The notes: generated by a model not told the origin, from the sequence alone. A stretch of 42,661 nucleotides of DNA from Kiritimatiellia bacterium (GCA_017432385.1 JAFRJH010000028.1:1-42661); one strand, 5' to 3'; shown: positions 16,093 to 25,440, numbered from the stretch's first letter. Numbers and translations are program-made.

Positions 16093-18210
16093 ATGAAAAG
16101 GATGCTTTCCATTTTCGCGGCCGCGGTGGTTTCCGCCGCGGCCGCCGCGGACGGCGCGCGCTGGATATGGTATCCCGGCGACTACGGGATATGGTGGGGC
16201 AACGAGCTCCAGGGCGAGAGGCTCCAGTGGGGTTCGCGGCTCGTTCCGTTCTGGCCGCTCTACGAGCCGCATTCGCGCGTGCTGTTCAGGAAGGACGTGA
16301 AGCTGGACGCGGACGAGCCGCTGGAGATCCGCTGCGACGGAAACGCCGCGGTCTGGTGGTGGGACGACAAAGGCGTCTACACTGAGAGCTCCGCGCTTCT
16401 CGGGAAGTTCACGCTGCCGAAGAACGCGACCTCCATCGAGATCAAGATCCAGAACAACGCGCGTCCGCCGTCGGTGTGGGTGAAGGGTCCGCACCTCGTC
16501 TCGGACTCCTCCTGGAACGTCGGCTGGACGACGACGTGGGACAAGGCGGAGGATGTTCCGTGCGATTCCTCCGCGCGCTTCACCGACCCCGGGACGCCTC
16601 CGGGCCTCGCGAAGCTTCCGACGCGCGAGAAGAAGCCCGTCTGGTGCCGTCCGCTCGACGGCGTGGAAGGCTCGATCATGGCGGCCGACTTCGGCGAGGA
16701 GACCTACGGATACGTCAGGTTCATCGACGTGAAGGGCGGCGGCGCCGTGAAGGTGATCTACGCCGAGAGCGAGGCGGAGCTGAGAGCCGTCGAGCTCGCG
16801 AACACGAAGGGCGGCGCGCTTGACGGATGGGAGATGCTCGAGCTGTCGGAGACGAAGGAGTTCCGGCGCGACATCGCGCACGGTTTCCGCTACGTCGGCG
16901 TCGTGCGCGCGGGCGGCGACGTCTCGATCGGCGGAATCGCGATGGACTTCGAGACGAAGGCCATGCCGGTTCGCGGGTCGTTCCGCTGCAGCGACGTGGA
17001 GCTGAACCGGATATGGGACGTCTCGGTGCACACGCTGGACCTCACGTGCCGCGAGGTCTTCATCGAGGGCGTGAAGCGAGACCACTGGGTGTGGAGCGGC
17101 GACGCCGTGCAGAGCTTCCTCATGAACTACTACGTGTTCGGGGACTACGACGGATGCCGCGACACGCTCTGGACGCTGCGCGGGAAGGATCCGGTGAAGT
17201 GCCACCTCAACCGCATCATGGACTACACGTTCTACTGGTTCGACGCCGTGGAGAAGTACCGGCTCTACTCCGGCGATCCCGTGTTCGCGCGCCAGGTGTA
17301 TCCGCGCATGAAGTCGCTTATGGAATTCGCGATCTCCCGTCTCGACGCCGCGGGGCGTCCGGCGGACCGCGAGGGCGACTGGATGTTCATCGACTGGGCG
17401 CCGAAGCCGCTGCCGAACAACGGCGGAGTCACGAGCTTCGAGCAGATGCTCCTGGTGCGCGCGCTCGAGGCGACGGCAGGGGTCGCGCGCGACGTCGGCG
17501 CGAAGGGGGACGAGGCGGCGTACCTCGAGCGCGCGAAGAGGCTGCGCGCGGAGATCGTGCCGCGCTACTGGAACGCGGAGAAGGGCGCGCTTATGCACAT
17601 GATCTACAACGACGGCAGGGTGGATCCGACGGTGACGAGGTACCCGAACATGTTCGGGCTCTTCTACGGCTACTTCGACGAGGCGCAGAGGTCTAGTGTC
17701 GTGAAGAACGTGATGCTCGGCGACGGCGTGATGAAGATCCAGACGCCGTACATGCGCTTCTACGAGCTCGAGGCGCTCTGCTCGCTCGGGATGCAGAAGC
17801 GCGTTCTCGGCGAGGTGAAGTCCTACTGGGGCGGCATGCTGCGCCTGGGGGCGACGAGCTTCTGGGAGCTGTACAATCCGGATGAAAGCGGCGAGGCCCA
17901 CTACGCCATGTACGGGCGCCGCTTCGGGAAGTCGCTCTGCCACGCCTGGGGCGCGAGCCCCGTCTATCTGCTCGGCAGGTATTTCCTCGGCGTGGAGCCG
18001 ACTGCCCCCGGCTTCGCGGAGTATGTCGTGAAGCCGGATTCCGGCGGTCTCGAGTGGATGGAGGGGGATGTGCCTACGCCGTCCGGGAGCATCCATGTGT
18101 CGGTGCGCGGCGGACGCGCGACCGTGCGCGGCAACCATGCCGGCAGGGGCGTCCTCCGCTGGAAGGGGAAAACGGCGGAGATACCGCCTGAAGGGAGTGC
18201 AAGCCTATGA
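16093..18210 (+). CDS. six-hairpin glycosidase, GH78 (alpha-L-rhamnosidase)-like
   Basis: Signal peptide MKRMLSIFAAAVVSAAAAA. ARWIWYPGD N-terminal pattern. FRCSDVELNRIWDVSVHTL...FIEGVKRDHWVWSGDA resembles the GH78 catalytic-domain entry (D.pkRD..gWtGD). SLCHAWGASPVYLL lies near the C-terminus. Confidence 0.6.
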   Translation: MKRMLSIFAAAVVSAAAAADGARWIWYPGDYGIWWGNELQGERLQWGSRLVPFWPLYEPHSRVLFRKDVKLDADEPLEIRCDGNAAVWWWDDKGVYTESSALLGKFTLPKNATSIEIKIQNNARPPSVWVKGPHLVSDSSWNVGWTTTWDKAEDVPCDSSARFTDPGTPPGLAKLPTREKKPVWCRPLDGVEGSIMAADFGEETYGYVRFIDVKGGGAVKVIYAESEAELRAVELANTKGGALDGWEMLELSETKEFRRDIAHGFRYVGVVRAGGDVSIGGIAMDFETKAMPVRGSFRCSDVELNRIWDVSVHTLDLTCREVFIEGVKRDHWVWSGDAVQSFLMNYYVFGDYDGCRDTLWTLRGKDPVKCHLNRIMDYTFYWFDAVEKYRLYSGDPVFARQVYPRMKSLMEFAISRLDAAGRPADREGDWMFIDWAPKPLPNNGGVTSFEQMLLVRALEATAGVARDVGAKGDEAAYLERAKRLRAEIVPRYWNAEKGALMHMIYNDGRVDPTVTRYPNMFGLFYGYFDEAQRSSVVKNVMLGDGVMKIQTPYMRFYELEALCSLGMQKRVLGEVKSYWGGMLRLGATSFWELYNPDESGEAHYAMYGRRFGKSLCHAWGASPVYLLGRYFLGVEPTAPGFAEYVVKPDSGGLEWMEGDVPTPSGSIHVSVRGGRATVRGNHAGRGVLRWKGKTAEIPPEGSASL

Positions 18211-20033
18211 AGACGCATATTCTCGCTGCGGCCGCGATTGCCGCGCTTTCGGCCTCGGCAGGTTTCAGGGACGCCCTTGGCCCCAACGTGCGCGTGTTCT
18301 CCCCGTCCGACGACCCGGCCGAGGTCCGTCGCGTCGCGGAGGAGCTGTTCAAGAAGCAGCACCACAGCCAGTTCGGGCCGAACCGCTACGCGCTCCTTTT
18401 CCTTCCGGGGGACTACGTCAAGGCGGGGACGTTCAATGTCGGCTACTACACGCAGCTGCTCGGCCTCGGGCGGACGCCCGACGAGGTGAAGCTCTGCAAC
18501 GTCAAGACGCCTGCGGCCCTTCCCGACAACAACGCCACTTGCAACTTCTGGGTCGGGATAGAGAATGTCGAGATCGTAGACACGGACCGCAACGACGACC
18601 CGTTCTTCGGTTTCCAGTGGGCCGTGTCCCAGGCCGCTCCCGCGCGGCGCCTGCTGGTCGGGCGCAAGGCCGTCTTCGACTGGTTCTACGGGTGGGCGTC
18701 CGGCGGATACGTCGCCGACACGATCTTCCGCAAGCCGGCCGGCTCCCATTCCCAGCAGCAGTACTACTACCGGAACGACACCTTCGAGCAGGGGGACTAC
18801 GGAATCAACTGGAACAAGGTCGTGCAGGGTTCGGACGGCAGGACCGGGACGACGAACTGGCGACAGGGTGGATCCGCCACGTTCCTCCAGACCACGCCGG
18901 TGATCCGCGAGAAGCCGTTCCTGTTCGTCGACGGCGACGCACTCAAGGTGTTCGTGCCCGCCCTCAGGCGCGACGCGAGGGGGACGAGCTGGAAGCCCGG
19001 CGAAATGGGCCGGGGGCGGACGCTCGACGTAGTCCGCGACTTCCACGTCGCCGTCGCCGGGCGCGACACGGCGAAGACCGTCAACGCCGCGCTCGCCGCC
19101 GGCAGGAACGTCCTCTTCACCCCGGGCGTATACCGCGTCGAGGAGCCGGTGCGCGTCGCCAAGGCGGGCGCCGTCGTTCTCGGCATCGGAGAGGCGACGC
19201 TCGTCCCCGAAAACCCGGACGCCGCGCTCGTGTGCGCGGATGTGGACGACATCACCGTCGCCGGACTCGTCTTCGACGCCGAGCGCGCCTCGCGCCGCTT
19301 CGTGGTTGTCGGCGAGCGGAAGGGCGGTGCGTCGCACGCCGCGGCGCCGACGGTTCTCCACGACCTCGTCTACCGCGTCGGCGGAACCGGCAGGCCGGGG
19401 AAGACCGAAGTCGCGCTTGAGATCAACTCGAACGACGTCATCGTCGACCAGACGTGGATATGGCGCGCGGACCACGGCGACCACACGGGGTGGCGGGCGA
19501 ACACCTCGAGGAACGGGATCGTGGTCAACGGCGACCGCGTCACCTGCTACGGCCTCTTCGTCGAGCACTTCCAGGAGCACGACGTACTTTGGAACGGCGA
19601 GGACGGGCGCACCTTCTTCCTCCAGAACGAGAAATGCTACGATCCGCCCGGCAACGCGGTCTGGATGTCCCACGGCGGGAAGAAGAAGGGCTATGCCGCG
19701 TACAAGGTCGCTGACGGCGTCAGCCGCCACTACGCGACTGGACTCGGCGTCTACGACGTCTTCATCAACACGGACGGCAACAGCGTCTTCCTCGACGACG
19801 CGATCGAGGTCCCCGACGCGCCGGGAGTCGTGGTTGAAAACGCCTGCATAGTCGAGATCGCCAAGGGGGACGGTCCGCTTGTCGGCATCAACCACATAGT
19901 GAACGGGCATGGCCACGGCATCAGGACGGGAAAGGGCTCCGGCGGCGGGTACGCCGTCCAGCGCGTCTACCGCTACTGCAACGGCAGCGCGGACGTCGCC
20001 GACGACTACTACGCGGCGCACAAGGGCAAGTGA
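18207..20033 (+). CDS. secreted right-handed beta-helix-like hydrolase, family unassigned
   Basis: The ATG overlaps the upstream stop (ATGA at 18207-18210). Signal peptide MKTHILAAAAIAALSASA. QFGPNRYALLFLPGDY...VGYYTQLLGLGRTPDEVKL...NFWVGIENVEIV, then WIWRADHG and repeated short beta-strand motifs. The function is inferred only from the operon context. Confidence 0.45.
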   Translation: MKTHILAAAAIAALSASAGFRDALGPNVRVFSPSDDPAEVRRVAEELFKKQHHSQFGPNRYALLFLPGDYVKAGTFNVGYYTQLLGLGRTPDEVKLCNVKTPAALPDNNATCNFWVGIENVEIVDTDRNDDPFFGFQWAVSQAAPARRLLVGRKAVFDWFYGWASGGYVADTIFRKPAGSHSQQQYYYRNDTFEQGDYGINWNKVVQGSDGRTGTTNWRQGGSATFLQTTPVIREKPFLFVDGDALKVFVPALRRDARGTSWKPGEMGRGRTLDVVRDFHVAVAGRDTAKTVNAALAAGRNVLFTPGVYRVEEPVRVAKAGAVVLGIGEATLVPENPDAALVCADVDDITVAGLVFDAERASRRFVVVGERKGGASHAAAPTVLHDLVYRVGGTGRPGKTEVALEINSNDVIVDQTWIWRADHGDHTGWRANTSRNGIVVNGDRVTCYGLFVEHFQEHDVLWNGEDGRTFFLQNEKCYDPPGNAVWMSHGGKKKGYAAYKVADGVSRHYATGLGVYDVFINTDGNSVFLDDAIEVPDAPGVVVENACIVEIAKGDGPLVGINHIVNGHGHGIRTGKGSGGGYAVQRVYRYCNGSADVADDYYAAHKGK

Positions 20034-20034
20034 C

Positions 20035-23000
20035 ATGAAGAGTGTCCTTCTTTCCTCCGCGCTCCTGCCCTGTCTCGTCCTCGCACAGGAGGTCGTCCGC
20101 TGCGGCGGGGGCAGCTACGCCTCCTACGCGCCCTGGCGCCTCGCGCGCTCGACGCGGCACCGCGGCGACCAGAGCCGCTTCATGCAGAACCGTCCCGTCT
20201 ACCTGGCGCCCGAGATGGCCCGCAGGGTCGCCGAGGGCGAGCCGATCCCCACCAACGACTGGTGGACTGACGCGCTCGTGAGCCGGTGGACGGGGAACCT
20301 GTGGAGCTATCCCGCCAAGGTGCGGGTCGGCGCGGACGGGGTACGCGTTGCGTTTCCGTCGTACTGGATAGACGACGGGACGGAGATGAAGGAGCGGACG
20401 GCGCTCGTCTTCGGCGCGAAGGGAGCGTTCGCCCCCGACGCGGCGCGCGTGGCCGGCTGGCATGACTGGGATGTCGAGCTCGAGCTCCGCGACGGCGAGA
20501 AGTTCATCCGCACGACGCTCGTCCACGGATCGCCGTTCACGTGGATCGAATACGGCGGCATCGAGCCGAAGATTGCGTCCGAAGGCGGGGAGATGTCGTC
20601 GGGCGGCGGGCTGGAGCGCATCGTCTCGGTCGGCGACGACCTCTACGGCGTATGGGAGGACGGCAGGTCGTTCGCCGTCATCGGACTTCTCCCCGACAGG
20701 TCCTCGTTCGCGGAGCTTTCGAAGTACGCCTGCGCGGTCATACGCTCCACCCGCGTCGACTGGAAGTACGACGAGTCGACTGCAATGGTGACGACTACGT
20801 GGAACGTCGAGACCGAAGACCTGCGCGGGAAGGAGAAGTCCCCCGCCGCGCTGCAGGGATTCCAGCCGCACCACCTCAAGCGCACGAAGCCGCGGTTCAG
20901 GTGCGTCGAGGGACTCGAGTGGCGCACCCCGCGCGGACTCCAGCGCGCCGCCTCCGGCAATTCGCTGTCCATCGACTACGCCTTCCCCGGAATGCTCCCC
21001 TACTGGGCTCCGCTCGGCGGAGCCAGGGAGAAGGGCGTGTTCGGGGAGCTCCTTGCGGACTACGCGGAGCGCGGGAACTTCGGCGGCGACACATACTGGG
21101 GCGGGAAGGGGCTTCTCCAGATGGCGTTCGCCATGATGGGGGCGAGGGAGAACGGCGACGAGGAGACGTTCCGCGCCGCCCACGCGAAGCTCCGCGCGAA
21201 GTTCGAGGACTGGCTCACGTGGAATCCCGGTGAGGAGCGGTTCTTCTTCTCGTACGTGCCGAAATGGGGCGGACTGGTGGGCGAGGGGACGAGCTACGAT
21301 TCCGATGCGTTCAACGACCACCACTTCCACTACGGATACTTCACGTACTCCGGCGCGCTTCTCTGCATGGCAGATCCCGACTTCGCGGCGAAGTTCGGCC
21401 CGATGCTGAGGCTTGTCGCCGCGGACTACGCGAACTGGGACCGCTCGGACAGGCGGTTTCCGCTCTTCAGGACCTTCGATCCGTGGGCGGGGCATTCCTT
21501 CGCGGGTGGCGTCGGAGACGGAAACGGGAACGGACAGGAGTCGTCGAGCGAGGCGATGCAGGGCTGGGGCGGACTCTACCTCCTTGGCCTCGCCCTCGGC
21601 GACGACGCGATGCGCGACGCCGGGCTCTTCGGGTACGTCTCCGAGGCGCGAGGGACTGCGGAGTACTGGTTCGACCGCGACAAGGAGAACATCGACTATA
21701 CGAAGTACACGAAGCCCTACAACTCCAACCTGACCTGCCACGGCGTCGGCTGGTGGACGTATTTCAGCGGAGACCCGGTCTGGATGCACTCGATACAGTG
21801 GCTCCCCAACACCCCTGCCCTCGACTATCTTAGCGAGGACCTTGAGTTCGCCAAGTGGGACTGGGAGACCATGTGGAAGTCGAAGGAGATCGGCGGCTGG
21901 TTCGAGAAGGGGCGGACGAAGAACGGCAGGGAGACTCCGCCCGTCGGAAACGAATCGCTCGGCAATGTGCTCCTCTCCTACCTCCAGCGGCACAACCCCC
22001 GCGAGGCGGCGGAGGTGTTCGACAGCCTTCGCGAGAGGGAAATGGGTGCGGGAGTGAACGCCGACACGGCGCATATGACGTACTGGGCGACCCACAGCCA
22101 CCTTGCGTACGGGGAACTCGACTTCTCGGTCCGCGCCGACTATCCGTGCGCGCGCGCCTTCGTGAAGGACGGTGCGCGCATTCTCATGGCGTACAACTGC
22201 GGCAGTGCTCCGCGCCGGGTGCGCTTTTTCGACGCCGCCGGGCGGACGGTCGGCGAGATCGAGGCCGCGCCGGGCCGCCTCACCGTCGGCGGACGCCCCG
22301 GGGCCCCTGTCCCCCGTCTCGCGTATGCCGCCCCCGCGAAGCCGGCGGACGGACTTGAGATCGAGAGCGAAAGGGCCGTCCTCAAGGAAGGCGAGCCAAC
22401 GGTCCTTAAGGCGGTCGTGCGCGTTGGGGGCAGGACAAGGGAGGTGAAGGCGGAGTGGTCCGGCGAGGGCGGCTCGTTCGGGCCTGGCGGCGCATTCACC
22501 CCGCACGGGGCGCCGTTCGCCGCCGTGACTGCAAAGGCCGGAGGACTTTCCGCCTCCAAGAGGATCCCTGTCGAAGAGGCGCTTGCCGTCTCAACGCTGT
22601 CGTTCGCGTCCAAGAACCTCGTTGCGATCGTCGGCGATGGCGTGCGGCTCGGGCTTTCGGCGACCGACCAGTTTGAAGGGAGGATGCCGCTGAAGGGGAT
22701 TCAGCTCACGGTGTCCGGACCGAACGGGGCCAAGTCGCCGCCGGATTCGTACAAGCTCCGGAAGGGCGGCGTGTTCGTTCCCCTCAAGCCCGGGAAATAT
22801 GTCCTTTCGGCCGCTCTTGGCGGTGTGTCCGCGACATGCAGCGTGACGGCCGGCGAACTGAAGGACGTCAATCTCGCCCGCCTTGCCGCGGTCACGGCGT
22901 CCGGCGAGGAGAACGGCGGACTTCTCGCGCGGTTCGCGGCGGACGGCGACATGAAGACGCGCTGGTCGAGCCGCCACCGTGACGGAGAATGGATCGCGTT

Positions 23001-23247
23001 CGACTTTGGATGCGAGCGGATGGTCTCGTCGTGCACGATCGAGTGGGAGCATGCGCGGGCCGAGGAATACTCCATCGAGGTCTCGACCGACGGCGTGGCG
23101 TGGAAACGGGTTGCGGACGTTGCCGGCAACGGCGGCGGGCGCCGGGAGCATCGCTTCGCCCCGGTCAAGGCGCGCGCGCTGCGCATCACCGGACGGAAGC
23201 GCAGCACGCCCTACGGCATATCGATCTTCGAGACCGAGATCCGCTGA
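20035..23247 (+). CDS. GH81 endo-beta-1,3-glucanase with C-terminal Ig-like repeats and an F5/8 type C (discoidin/CBM32-like) domain
   Basis: Signal peptide MKSVLLSSALLPCLVLAQ (the track start at 19909 overlaps the upstream gene). GH81 signatures FNDHHFHYGYFTYSGALL, FRTFDPWAGHSFAGG and GNGQESSSEAMQGW. C-terminal discoidin pattern AADGDMKTRWSS...EWIAFDFG...YSIEVSTDGVAWKRV. Confidence 0.85.
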   Translation: MKSVLLSSALLPCLVLAQEVVRCGGGSYASYAPWRLARSTRHRGDQSRFMQNRPVYLAPEMARRVAEGEPIPTNDWWTDALVSRWTGNLWSYPAKVRVGADGVRVAFPSYWIDDGTEMKERTALVFGAKGAFAPDAARVAGWHDWDVELELRDGEKFIRTTLVHGSPFTWIEYGGIEPKIASEGGEMSSGGGLERIVSVGDDLYGVWEDGRSFAVIGLLPDRSSFAELSKYACAVIRSTRVDWKYDESTAMVTTTWNVETEDLRGKEKSPAALQGFQPHHLKRTKPRFRCVEGLEWRTPRGLQRAASGNSLSIDYAFPGMLPYWAPLGGAREKGVFGELLADYAERGNFGGDTYWGGKGLLQMAFAMMGARENGDEETFRAAHAKLRAKFEDWLTWNPGEERFFFSYVPKWGGLVGEGTSYDSDAFNDHHFHYGYFTYSGALLCMADPDFAAKFGPMLRLVAADYANWDRSDRRFPLFRTFDPWAGHSFAGGVGDGNGNGQESSSEAMQGWGGLYLLGLALGDDAMRDAGLFGYVSEARGTAEYWFDRDKENIDYTKYTKPYNSNLTCHGVGWWTYFSGDPVWMHSIQWLPNTPALDYLSEDLEFAKWDWETMWKSKEIGGWFEKGRTKNGRETPPVGNESLGNVLLSYLQRHNPREAAEVFDSLREREMGAGVNADTAHMTYWATHSHLAYGELDFSVRADYPCARAFVKDGARILMAYNCGSAPRRVRFFDAAGRTVGEIEAAPGRLTVGGRPGAPVPRLAYAAPAKPADGLEIESERAVLKEGEPTVLKAVVRVGGRTREVKAEWSGEGGSFGPGGAFTPHGAPFAAVTAKAGGLSASKRIPVEEALAVSTLSFASKNLVAIVGDGVRLGLSATDQFEGRMPLKGIQLTVSGPNGAKSPPDSYKLRKGGVFVPLKPGKYVLSAALGGVSATCSVTAGELKDVNLARLAAVTASGEENGGLLARFAADGDMKTRWSSRHRDGEWIAFDFGCERMVSSCTIEWEHARAEEYSIEVSTDGVAWKRVADVAGNGGGRREHRFAPVKARALRITGRKRSTPYGISIFETEIR

Positions 23248-23290
23248 TTGCCGCCGAGCCGCCGCATGGCCGATATCCGGCGCCGGGATA

Positions 23291-23299
23291 TGGTATAAT
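23291..23299 (+). promoter_or_regulatory. extended -10 promoter TGGTATAAT, 7 nt upstream of the folD ATG (leaderless-type)
   Basis: tggtataat at 23291-23299, ATG at 23307, no SD. Confidence 0.6.
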
Positions 23300-23306
23300 A
23301 TCCGCC

Positions 23307-24170
23307 ATGAAGACGATAGACGGAAAGCAGCTGGCGGCGAATCTGCGCGCCGAAATCGCGGAGGGAGTGCGGAAGCTCAAGGAGGAGAAGGGCGTTACGC
23401 CCGGACTTGCGGTGATACTGGTCGGCGACAACCCGGCGTCCGTGAGCTATGTGACCGCAAAGGAGAAGGCGTGCGTCGAGGCCGGCATGTACTCTCGCGA
23501 GATACGCCTTCCCGGGACCACTTCCGAAGACGAACTCGTGAAGCTAGTCGGGGACCTCAACTCCGACCCTGCGATTCACGGGATTCTCGTGCAGCTTCCC
23601 GTTCCGAAGCACATCCGCGACAAGGCCGTGATAGACGCCATATCTCCCGAAAAGGACGTGGACGGCTTCACGCCTGTGAATGTCGGTCGCATGCTGATCG
23701 GCGAGAAGTGCTTCCTTCCGTGCACGCCCCACGGGATCATCAAGCTCATAGAGTTCGCCGGGATGGACATCCGCGGCAAGCACGCCGTCGTGATCGGGCG
23801 AAGCAACATAGTCGGCAAGCCCTTCGCGGCGCTTCTCTCGCGCAAGGAGACGAACGCGACCGTCACGCTCTGCCACACGGGCACCCCCGACATTTCGAAG
23901 TTCACCCGCGAGGCTGACATCGTGGTCGTTGCGGCTGGCCGTCCGAACACCGTCACCGGAGACATGCTCAAGCCAGGCGCCGTAGTCATCGACGTCGGCG
24001 TCAACCGCATCCCCGACGCCACCAGGCCCAAGGGATTCCGGCTCGTCGGCGACGCGGACTTCGAGAGCTGCTCGAAGGTCGCCGGAGCGATCACGCCAGT
24101 CCCAGGCGGCGTCGGCCCAATGACTATTACGATGCTCCTCTGGAACACGCTCGAGGCCGCCCGCGGCTAG
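23307..24170 (+). CDS. folD: bifunctional 5,10-methylenetetrahydrofolate dehydrogenase / methenyl-THF cyclohydrolase
   Basis: MKTIDGKQLAANLRAEI...PGLAVILVGDNPASVSYVTAKEKAC...AIHGILVQLPVPKHI...PEKDVDGFTPVNVG...PCTPHGI...GKHAVVIGRSNIVGKP...VTLCHTGT...PVPGGVGPMTITML. 287 aa, typical FolD length. The track start at 22989 is an upstream extension. Confidence 0.95.
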   Translation: MKTIDGKQLAANLRAEIAEGVRKLKEEKGVTPGLAVILVGDNPASVSYVTAKEKACVEAGMYSREIRLPGTTSEDELVKLVGDLNSDPAIHGILVQLPVPKHIRDKAVIDAISPEKDVDGFTPVNVGRMLIGEKCFLPCTPHGIIKLIEFAGMDIRGKHAVVIGRSNIVGKPFAALLSRKETNATVTLCHTGTPDISKFTREADIVVVAAGRPNTVTGDMLKPGAVVIDVGVNRIPDATRPKGFRLVGDADFESCSKVAGAITPVPGGVGPMTITMLLWNTLEAARG

Positions 24171-24273
24171 CCGTCGCGCCGCCGCGTGCGGATCCGCCTG
24201 GCGTCCCCCTTCGCCGTAGTGCCGCGGACGGGGGCGAAAATGGGCGTCACGTGTTTATGAACTGCCCGAAATC

Positions 24274-24282
24274 TGGTATACT
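24274..24282 (+). promoter_or_regulatory. extended -10 promoter TGGTATACT, 6 nt upstream of the ATG (leaderless-type)
   Basis: tggtatact at 24274-24282, ATG at 24289, no SD. Confidence 0.55.
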
Positions 24283-24288
24283 ACCGGC

Positions 24289-25440
24289 ATGGGGAAGTCT
24301 AAGCCGAGGGCAAGAGTCGAGCGCGAGATGGTGGACGGCGAGCCGGTAGTGCGCGTCGTGTTCGGGCATTTCGGCGCTCGCTGCGTTTTCCTGATGGTCT
24401 GGCTCGCCGGATGGTCGCTTGGATGCTTCAAGATCGTGTCCGAGCTTTCCTCGGGTCGGCTAGAGCCGGGAAAGGCGCTTTTCGCGCTGCCGTTCTTCGC
24501 CGCGGAGATCGTCGTCTCCTGCGTCGTGCTCCTGATGATCTTCGGGAAGACCGTGATGACGTTCAGGCGCAGAGGATGTACGAAGTTCTTCGGTGTCGGG
24601 CGCTTCGGCCGCACGAAGGAGTTCCCCTTTCCGGAAAAGGGCGAAATCTGCACTGATGAAGTCGTGCGCCGCGGGAGCAAGGGCGGGTCCTATACGGTCT
24701 ACCGCCTTGTGGTGAAGACGCATCCCGAGTCCGACGCGCCGCTTGTGGTGTACGATTCAATCGAGTCGGGCATCATCAATGTCCTCTGCGAGGCCGCGAA
24801 GGAGGTTGCGGTCCTGGACGTCGCGCCTGCAGCCGCCCCGATGACGTCCCGGCCGGCGGAGCACTTCGCCGATGACGCCGCTCCGGAGAACCAGGATGCG
24901 GAACAGCGCGACTACGAGCTGCTTGCCGGGAAGCCCCCGAAGGGGATGTCCGTTGCGCGCGACCTGGAGGGCCGCGTCGTCATATCCCTTCGCCGCGTCA
25001 GTCTGCGGCCGCTGGTTGTCATTGTCGTCTTGCTGGCCCTGTTGGCAGGGTTCATCTGGCATGTGATTCCGGATCTGCCGATTCCGTTGATGGTAATCAT
25101 CGGGGTCGCGGCGCTTTTCCCGCCGTCCGTGCAGCTCGTCTTCTCGCTGTTCGGCAGACGTGTGGTCACGCTCGACCATGGCAGCGGAACGACATTCGCC
25201 GGGATCGGACCTGTCGGGTTCCGCCGGCGGTTCAGCTACGTCTCGTACTCCGACGTCAGGGTCGTCGGGAGCGGCGTGCTGGTGAACGGAAGGCAGATGG
25301 ACCAGCTTGTGGTCGCCGGGCCTGACGGGACTCCGCAGAAGATATGCATGACATGGCCGAACGACGTGAAGCCCTACCTCGCCGCGATCCTGCGACACCC
25401 AGGCTCCGCGCCCGCGTCGGTCGGCGCGCCGGCGCTGTGA
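24289..25440 (+). CDS. hypothetical integral membrane protein with an internal duplication (two 2-TM + soluble-domain modules)
   Basis: Hydrophobic pairs CVFLMVWLAGWSLGCF / LFALPFFAAEIVVSCVVLLMIF and LVVIVVLLALLAGFIWHVI / LMVIIGVAALFPPSVQLVFSLF. Each pair is followed by a ...F.G.G..G.... segment. I recognise no catalytic motif. Confidence 0.7.
   Translation: MGKSKPRARVEREMVDGEPVVRVVFGHFGARCVFLMVWLAGWSLGCFKIVSELSSGRLEPGKALFALPFFAAEIVVSCVVLLMIFGKTVMTFRRRGCTKFFGVGRFGRTKEFPFPEKGEICTDEVVRRGSKGGSYTVYRLVVKTHPESDAPLVVYDSIESGIINVLCEAAKEVAVLDVAPAAAPMTSRPAEHFADDAAPENQDAEQRDYELLAGKPPKGMSVARDLEGRVVISLRRVSLRPLVVIVVLLALLAGFIWHVIPDLPIPLMVIIGVAALFPPSVQLVFSLFGRRVVTLDHGSGTTFAGIGPVGFRRRFSYVSYSDVRVVGSGVLVNGRQMDQLVVAGPDGTPQKICMTWPNDVKPYLAAILRHPGSAPASVGAPAL

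Noticed and set aside
23262-23290. Short inverted repeat (gatatccggcgccgggatat) between the GH81 stop and the folD -10, considered as a terminator.
   Set aside because: Only about 6 bp pair cleanly and no T-tract follows. I cannot distinguish it from chance in GC-rich sequence.
22989-23306. ORF-track N-terminal extensions: folD from 22989, GH81 from 19909, apbE from 6168, IUNH from 25344, the IUNH-GH106 fusion from 26873, the 1110-aa protein from 34822, the response regulator to 32230 and the kinase to 33657.
   Set aside because: The extensions overlap the upstream genes in other frames and are Arg/Pro-rich. Each is followed by an internal start that has a promoter or SD and a clean signal peptide or canonical N-terminus.
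24200-24240. Possible hairpin (ttcgcc...ggcgaa) downstream of folD.
   Set aside because: It has a 6-bp stem, a loop of about 17 nt and no U-tract. This is not convincing as a terminator.
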